Below are positions 58,434 through 64,000 of a DNA stretch of 64,000 bases, piece after piece; within the stretch, counting starts at the first letter, position 1; the number at the start of each line of letters is the position of its first letter. The notes beneath the pieces were generated by a model. That model was not told where the DNA came from. It ran no database searches and saw nothing but the letters and a program-made list of their open reading frames with translations. The translations under genes were made by a program, and so were the position numbers. Source of the stretch: a virus; IMG/VR virus record IMGVR_UViG_3300042319_001830, positions 1 to 64,000 of that record; one strand, written 5' to 3'.

Positions 58434-58467
58434 AACATATGTACATATATAGATATGTACATATGTT
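58434..58467. promoter_or_regulatory. Perfect 15-bp inverted repeat made of two ATATGTACATAT palindromes; probable RHH operator
   Basis: AACATATGTACATAT-atag-ATATGTACATATGTT abuts the ATG of the RHH gene. Confidence 0.75.
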
Positions 58468-58491
58468 TGATATTATTTTAAATTGGATTTT

Positions 58492-59379
58492 TTACTTTGA
58501 AGCCTTTGCATCACAGTTTGTTTTGTAGTGAACGCAATATTTGCAGTTTTTCTTGGCCTTGCCAGGAATCTTTGGATATTCCACAGATGTATTATATGTG
58601 CCATCTGAATTGAAGCCAGCATCTAGAAACTCTATGAAGTAGCCGATGGATTCTTTTATGATAACAGGTCCAGCTGACGGTTTGAATACTTGAATTCGAC
58701 TTTGTGGAAATGATACATTTTCATATAATTTACGTTTAACGATGAAAAACTCAACCTCGATTGAATTGAGTGGTACGTTGAATTTCTTACTATATACGCT
58801 TTTATATAGATATAGCTGTGCTAGTTTGGTATGATCTTCTTTCATATAACTATTCCAACCACTGCTACTTGTTTTAAAGTCAATGATACGATAAAATTCT
58901 TTATTCTTCTCTTTAAGAACTATGTCGATGAATCCTACGAAGTCTACATTATTCTTTACGGGTATTTCTAATGGAATTTCAATACCAACCAATTCATATT
59001 CTTTTGTGGGAAAATATTTAAGTCTATTAGCACTTTTACAAAACGTATCAATAATGTCATTGCCATCAAATATGAAATCGGTAAATTCTTCTTCCTTTAC
59101 ATCTTTAACTTTTTTAATTTCCTCGTTAAATTTATCAAGAAATAACTTTTTGACATCCAATGAATCAGCAATACTCACGCTTTCATTGTAAAGAGATGTA
59201 AGATACGTTTGAAAAGCATGATGTATAGCGGTGCCAAATGTAGTGTTGATATTGTCATCTCTAACTCTCATATTCTTGACATAATCAAGATACCATTTAT
59301 GAGGACACTTTAAATAAGTTGAATACTGGCTAAAACTTACTCGGTTCTTTTTTATTTCTTTATTTTCTTCAGTTGACAT
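58492..59379 (-). CDS. PD-(D/E)XK exonuclease (RecB/Cas4-like, possibly Fe-S)
   Basis: SFSQYSTYLKCP, FGTAIH, GFIDIV, IIDFKT, QLYLY, CKYC..C. Confidence 0.87.
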   Translation of the reverse strand: MSTEENKEIKKNRVSFSQYSTYLKCPHKWYLDYVKNMRVRDDNINTTFGTAIHHAFQTYLTSLYNESVSIADSLDVKKLFLDKFNEEIKKVKDVKEEEFTDFIFDGNDIIDTFCKSANRLKYFPTKEYELVGIEIPLEIPVKNNVDFVGFIDIVLKEKNKEFYRIIDFKTSSSGWNSYMKEDHTKLAQLYLYKSVYSKKFNVPLNSIEVEFFIVKRKLYENVSFPQSRIQVFKPSAGPVIIKESIGYFIEFLDAGFNSDGTYNTSVEYPKIPGKAKKNCKYCVHYKTNCDAKASK

Positions 59380-59413
59380 TATATCATCTTATACTATAAT
59401 GTGAAATAGTCAA
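59373..59413. promoter_or_regulatory. Overlapping divergent sigma70-like promoters
   Basis: Plus strand: TTGACA(59373)-N16-TATAAT(59395). Minus strand: TTGACT(59413)-N16-TAAGAT(59391), 6 nt before ATG 59379. Confidence 0.62.
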
Positions 59414-59436
59414 GTTATAAAAACTATATATTATGT

Positions 59437-60171
59437 ATGATTAAAATGCTATTACTCCTATTAATGTCTGTGAATCTTGTCGCCAATGAATTGTATTTAT
59501 ATGATACAAATGACCAAATTGAAATAACCGAGGTTATCAACAATAAACTTAGTGTTTTAAACGCCCAAATTGGTAATACCTTTACACTTACGAACAGTTT
59601 GAATATAAACACCCGAACCAATAGTACTGCTACATATGTACTCCCATATAGAATTGCTATACATCAACGTGAAAGTACCAGTACATACTACAATCAAACA
59701 TCAACCGAATATGATAATAATTTTAAATTACCCGAGGTTGTTAAAGTTAAAGACTCATTTTTTAATTTTACCAATAATGGCGAACTATATTGTGTAAGCG
59801 ACGGTACCGCAACAAATACAATTATAACTTCTTTATGTTCTGTCATATTCAATAAAACAAGTTTCTTCATAAAGTCAGGTGATAAATATACACAGTTATA
59901 TGTTGTCGGTGGTAACGTAACTGTATTAGATAATAAATCAAAGAAAAAGAAAAATTTAAAAGAGGGAGATTATTTGGTTGTAACTCCTCAAGTTATATTA
60001 AATGCTAGAGAAGCAACTGTTACCAAGATGGGCAACAGTTTCAGCATCAAAGAAGTAGAAGATGAAGAAAAAGATGCTCATAACAAATCTATTCAAACTT
60101 TGAAGGTAAAATTAGACAATACGTTATTTGTAAACTATGGACAAAATATTTTTGGTTTTAAATTAAAATGA
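59437..60171 (+). CDS. Secreted protein with a FecR-like beta domain
   Basis: Signal peptide; T..S.A...G.L...T....V...T.F......T.LYVVGGNVTV pattern. Confidence 0.5.
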   Translation: MIKMLLLLLMSVNLVANELYLYDTNDQIEITEVINNKLSVLNAQIGNTFTLTNSLNINTRTNSTATYVLPYRIAIHQRESTSTYYNQTSTEYDNNFKLPEVVKVKDSFFNFTNNGELYCVSDGTATNTIITSLCSVIFNKTSFFIKSGDKYTQLYVVGGNVTVLDNKSKKKKNLKEGDYLVVTPQVILNAREATVTKMGNSFSIKEVEDEEKDAHNKSIQTLKVKLDNTLFVNYGQNIFGFKLK

Positions 60172-60395
60172 AATTAGATCATCTAGACTCACTCACAGAA
60201 GACGAATTAGCAATGTTATGGTATTGTATAAATAAAGTCAATCCACCTGTATTAAGTGGTATTGAATTGGAACCTGAGGTGTTTACTTCCATCAAACATA
60301 AACGGTTAATGGATCGATTATTACAGTGCGCACAGTATATAAAAGAAGAACATAATGCAGTTTTTACTGGACTTGTGGCTAAATTGAAGGTATAG
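60168..60395 (+). CDS. Hypothetical protein
   Basis: 75-aa ORF overlapping the upstream stop. Confidence 0.55.
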   Translation: MKLDHLDSLTEDELAMLWYCINKVNPPVLSGIELEPEVFTSIKHKRLMDRLLQCAQYIKEEHNAVFTGLVAKLKV

Positions 60396-60402
60396 TGGTT
60401 AT

Positions 60403-63054
60403 ATGTATCAAAACATTTTCGTTTCAAAGAAAGATAACATTATTCACCTATGGGATGATAAAAAAGGATACGTAACAATTCCATATCGCCCATACGCTTA
60501 TCGCAAACGTGAAGGTGGAATGTATCGTAGTATTTATGGGGATGAATTAGAAAAAGTCTATAAATTTAATCCAAAAGATCCAAGTTTATTTGAAAGTGAT
60601 GTTCCAGCCGAAACTCGCATCTTGATTGACGCTTATGAAGATAACGATGAACCATCTGAAGGACATCGTGTTGTATATCTTGACATTGAGGTTAGTACTG
60701 AAGGTGGATTTCCTAATATAGAAGAAGCTGATAAAGAAATTACAGCTATTGCTATTTATGATAGTTTAACAGCTAAATATACAGCTTTCATCTTGGATAA
60801 AGAAAACAAGCTAAATGACTTTGTTAAAGAAAACGTAGAAGTACGTAGCTTTACAGAAGAAGATAGTTTATTGATGCACTTTCTAACCAAATGGGAAGAA
60901 ATTCAACCCACTATTAGTACTGGTTGGAACAGTGATAACTTTGACATGCCGTATCTGTTTCGTCGTATGAAGCACATTGTTGGGTCAAACAATGCAAAAC
61001 GGTTGAGTCCGATTAAAGTTGCTTATATTAATGATTGGAATAAGAAAGTTATTGTAGCTGGAGTAACTCACTTGGATTATATGACACTTTACAAGAAGCT
61101 TAATATTAAACAAGAGGCTAGTTATGCTCTTGGGGCAATTGGTAAAAAGATTGTGGGTATGGAGAAGATTTCTTATAAAGGTAGTTTGGACGATTTGTAT
61201 AAAGCTGATATCAACAAGTATATTGAATATAACTTGAACGACGTACAAATCATTGTAGCACTAGAAAAGAAGTTACAGTTTATTGAACTGGCTAGGGCTA
61301 TTTGTCACAAAGGACACGTTCCATATGAATGGTATGAAATGAGCTCTCGTTTTATTGAAGGTGCTATTCTTATGTATCTACGTCGTAAAGGACAAGTTGC
61401 TAAAAATAAATCATTGGGGGGTCGTGATGAATATGAAACACAAATGGAAGATAATGAACAAGGTTTTGAAGGTGCTTATGTTAAGGCTCCTACTCCCGGT
61501 CGTTATGATTGGGTGTTTGATTTGGATCTTACATCAATGTATCCGAATATCATCATTAGTCTTAACTTATCACCCGAAACTAAAGTAGCTGTTATTAATA
61601 AGATTGAATATGATGATTCTTATGTTGAAGATCGTACCAAAGAAATTCGTGAAGACTACGAGAATTTAGGTGACAGTGTTCAGAAGAAGACTCCATTTGC
61701 TCAATATCTTGATCAACGATTGTACGCATTTAATGCTCGGTTATTTGCTCAGAACAAAATTGGTAAATATCACGTGGGTTCTACAGTTTATAACAATGAA
61801 GAATTTAAACAGTTAATTACACAAACTAATTTGAGTGTTGCTAGTAATGGAGTAATGTGTAAACAAGATAAGACAGGAGTTATTCCGGAAATTTTAGTAA
61901 AATGGTTCGATGAACGTAAAGATCTTCGAAAACTAGCTAAGAAACATGCAGATTTAAAAGAATGGGAAAAATATGAATTTTATGATGGCCGTCAAAAAGT
62001 ACAAAAAGTATTACTTAATTCAATCTATGGTGTATTGGGTCTACCGATCTTTAGATTTTATGACAAGGATAATGCGAGCGCTGTTACCATAACAGGTCAA
62101 GATATTATTAAATCTACAGGTAAAGCTATTAATGAATGTTTCAAACGTGCATTGGATGAAAAAGAAGGAGATTGGGTTATTTACACCGATACAGATAGTT
62201 GCTTTGCTAGTGCATTACCCATCATTAAAAAGAATATGCCTGATATTGATCTAAATGATGAAAAGGCAATGACCGAGGCTATTTTGAAAGTAACTGGCGA
62301 TGTACAATCATTTGTTAATAAGTTTTATGATGTGATGGCAAAACGATATTTCAATATTGAAAAACATCGATTTGATGCAAAACAAGAAGTTATTGCCAAG
62401 ACAAGTTTTTGGTTAGCTAAGAAACGTTATGCTCAGTTCATCGTTAACAAGGCCGGTATTGAGTGTGACGAAATGGAAGTAAAGGGTATCGACGTAGTAC
62501 GCACATCCTTCCCAATTCGGTTTCGCAAGTTTATGCAAAAGTTCTTAGATGACATGTTGCGCAAACTTCCAAAAGATCAGATCGACGTAAGCATTCTTGA
62601 ATTTAAAGATAAGATGTCTACTTATCCAGTTATTGAGATTGCAAAGAATACCAGTGTTAAGTTCAAGAGTCAGAGTGGTGAAACTGATTATAATCCAAAG
62701 ACAAGACATCCATTTCAGTTTATGGATGGTACGCCGGCTCAAGCTAAAGCTGCATTGGCTTATAACGATTTGTTGAAAATCTGGAACTTGGACAAGGATG
62801 TTCCGCCGATATTCCACGGCCAAAAGATCAAGTGGGTATATCTAAAACAAAATATATATGGCATCGAAGGTATTGCTATGAAAGCTGATGGTACTGATCC
62901 TGATCGTGTTGTTGAGTTTATTGAACAGTATGTAGATAGAAATGCTATGTATGAACAGGAACTTAAAGGTAAGTTGTTAGACTTTTATAATGTTTTGAAT
63001 TGGAGTTATCCAAACGAGACTGATGTTAAATTGGAAGAGTTTTTTAGTTTTTAA
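60403..63054 (+). CDS. Family B DNA polymerase (T4 gp43-like)
   Basis: Exonuclease DIEV, GWNSDNFD, YNLND; polymerase DLTSMYP, KVLLNSIYG, YTDTDS, KKRY. Confidence 0.96.
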   Translation: MYQNIFVSKKDNIIHLWDDKKGYVTIPYRPYAYRKREGGMYRSIYGDELEKVYKFNPKDPSLFESDVPAETRILIDAYEDNDEPSEGHRVVYLDIEVSTEGGFPNIEEADKEITAIAIYDSLTAKYTAFILDKENKLNDFVKENVEVRSFTEEDSLLMHFLTKWEEIQPTISTGWNSDNFDMPYLFRRMKHIVGSNNAKRLSPIKVAYINDWNKKVIVAGVTHLDYMTLYKKLNIKQEASYALGAIGKKIVGMEKISYKGSLDDLYKADINKYIEYNLNDVQIIVALEKKLQFIELARAICHKGHVPYEWYEMSSRFIEGAILMYLRRKGQVAKNKSLGGRDEYETQMEDNEQGFEGAYVKAPTPGRYDWVFDLDLTSMYPNIIISLNLSPETKVAVINKIEYDDSYVEDRTKEIREDYENLGDSVQKKTPFAQYLDQRLYAFNARLFAQNKIGKYHVGSTVYNNEEFKQLITQTNLSVASNGVMCKQDKTGVIPEILVKWFDERKDLRKLAKKHADLKEWEKYEFYDGRQKVQKVLLNSIYGVLGLPIFRFYDKDNASAVTITGQDIIKSTGKAINECFKRALDEKEGDWVIYTDTDSCFASALPIIKKNMPDIDLNDEKAMTEAILKVTGDVQSFVNKFYDVMAKRYFNIEKHRFDAKQEVIAKTSFWLAKKRYAQFIVNKAGIECDEMEVKGIDVVRTSFPIRFRKFMQKFLDDMLRKLPKDQIDVSILEFKDKMSTYPVIEIAKNTSVKFKSQSGETDYNPKTRHPFQFMDGTPAQAKAALAYNDLLKIWNLDKDVPPIFHGQKIKWVYLKQNIYGIEGIAMKADGTDPDRVVEFIEQYVDRNAMYEQELKGKLLDFYNVLNWSYPNETDVKLEEFFSF

Positions 63055-63061
63055 AAAAGTT

Positions 63062-63469
63062 ATGAAAAAATATAGTGAGTTGTTGACTATTCCTGAAGAG
63101 TCGTCGTTATTAGAATTGAAAACCAGTGATGATACAGTTATTGCACGTAAGTATGAACGTGTAGTAATTGGTCAACGTGGTCCATATGTAGAATTTACAC
63201 CAAATCAAATATTGTGTGATAAACTGTTTATTCCTAAAAATCAATTATATAGACTAAGTGATCCAAAGGTTTACTATATTGAGTTTAGAACCAATGATAG
63301 TAGCAATGTGAAGGTATATTATCAAATGAGAACAGTCGCATATGCAGATTATAAAATTGGTTATTTTTATGTGTCACCAAGTGATTTATACAACGAGGGT
63401 ATAAAGTGTCTCACTGAAAAGCATCACAGCAATGAAAACGTAGGATTATTTTTTGAATTCAACAATTGA
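63062..63469 (+). CDS. Conserved hypothetical protein
   Basis: YERVVIGQRGPYVEF...YYQMRTVAYADYKIGYFY; ATG at 63062. Confidence 0.65.
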   Translation: MKKYSELLTIPEESSLLELKTSDDTVIARKYERVVIGQRGPYVEFTPNQILCDKLFIPKNQLYRLSDPKVYYIEFRTNDSSNVKVYYQMRTVAYADYKIGYFYVSPSDLYNEGIKCLTEKHHSNENVGLFFEFNN

Positions 63470-63494
63470 CAAACAAATCAACATCGGTTAACAT
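63466..63494 (+). promoter_or_regulatory. Sigma70-like promoter TTGACA-N17-TAACAT
   Basis: Sequence match 8 nt before ATG 63503. Confidence 0.55.
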
Positions 63495-63502
63495 TATAGA
63501 GT

Positions 63503-64000
63503 ATGAAGAAACAAGTATTAACTACATTTATTGACAAATATTCGCTCAACGGTACCATTGAAAGTGTGAAATGGGTTGTTGATAACAGCAGCAAACAAAT
63601 TAAGACAGCATCCATTAGTGATGATAAAAATGTTATCAGTTATGTTGTCATCAAAGATGACGCGGGTTTGACTGATTCCGAGATTGGTATTAATGATACT
63701 ACTAAGCTAAAGAGATTGTTGAATGTTCTAACAGAAGACGTAAATATTTCATATAACAAACGTGACGATAAGATTGTGTCGTTGTCGTTATCCAGTGAAG
63801 GTACAGATGTACAGTATGTTACTGCTGATTTGACTGTGATTCCAAAGGTTCCTGATCTTAAAAAGTTGCCTCCGTTCAATTTAGAGATTCCTCTTACGAA
63901 GGAGTTTGTAACTACATTCGTTAAAGCTAAGACTGCTTTGAGTGACGTTGATACTATGACTTTTATCAAAGATAAAAAAGACAAGATTAAGTTAACAATT
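63503..64000 (+). CDS. Sliding clamp (T4 gp45-like), truncated by the window end; not in the ORF track
   Basis: MKKQVLTTFIDKYSLNGTIESVKW...EIGINDTTKLKRLLNVL...YVTADLTVIP; open to the end; near PolB. Confidence 0.72.
   Translation, partial: MKKQVLTTFIDKYSLNGTIESVKWVVDNSSKQIKTASISDDKNVISYVVIKDDAGLTDSEIGINDTTKLKRLLNVLTEDVNISYNKRDDKIVSLSLSSEGTDVQYVTADLTVIPKVPDLKKLPPFNLEIPLTKEFVTTFVKAKTALSDVDTMTFIKDKKDKIKLTI

Noticed and set aside
58492-59379. Cas4-like nuclease as evidence of CRISPR-Cas
   Set aside because: No array or other cas genes; stand-alone PD-(D/E)XK nucleases are common in phages.
61580-61840. Extra segment in PolB after motif A as an intein
   Set aside because: Short, with no Cys/Ser start, His-Asn end or homing-endonuclease motifs; this region is variable in family B polymerases.
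1-64000. Stop-codon reassignment as seen in some large phages
   Set aside because: Conserved genes are full length in the standard code, and TAA, TAG and TGA all terminate genes at expected positions.

Overview
This 64-kb AT-rich window comes from a large, T4-like (myovirus-type) bacteriophage using the standard genetic code. All product calls rest on motif recognition by eye; no database search was run. Left to right: (1) 1-16.6 kb, a tail/baseplate module with the C-terminus of a Gly-X-X Ser/Thr-rich fibre, a fibre chaperone, tail tube, a gp26-like chaperone with a likely frameshift extension, a tape measure with 144-nt repeats and baseplate genes, interleaved with a HAD-nucleotidyltransferase fusion and an HxGH nucleotidyltransferase. 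(2) 16.6-39.6 kb, replication, recombination and nucleotide genes (PolA-like, gp32 SSB, UvsX/RecA, 5'-3' exonuclease, DnaB/gp41, NrdAB, clamp-loader subunit, dNMP kinase, UvsE) plus accessory genes (membrane-anchored PAS protein, MoxR-type AAA+/VWA pair, DUF4338-like protein). (3) 39.6-58.4 kb, a tightly coupled minus-strand operon of about 24 genes for sugar-nucleotide synthesis, glycosyl transfer and methylation, headed by a ribbon-helix-helix regulator with a perfect double-palindrome operator. (4) 58.5-64 kb, a PD-(D/E)XK nuclease, a FecR-like secreted protein, family B DNA polymerase and the start of the sliding clamp. The most notable candidate system is a phage-encoded, self-regulated glycosylation pathway, possibly decorating Ser/Thr-rich virion fibres. 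Other highlights: a holin-like PAS protein, a non-canonical (+1/-2) tail-chaperone frameshift, a split glycosyltransferase, an unannotated EF-hand micro-membrane protein, and two promoter classes often only 5-8 nt from start codons. No tRNA, rRNA, CRISPR array, intron or intein was recognised.
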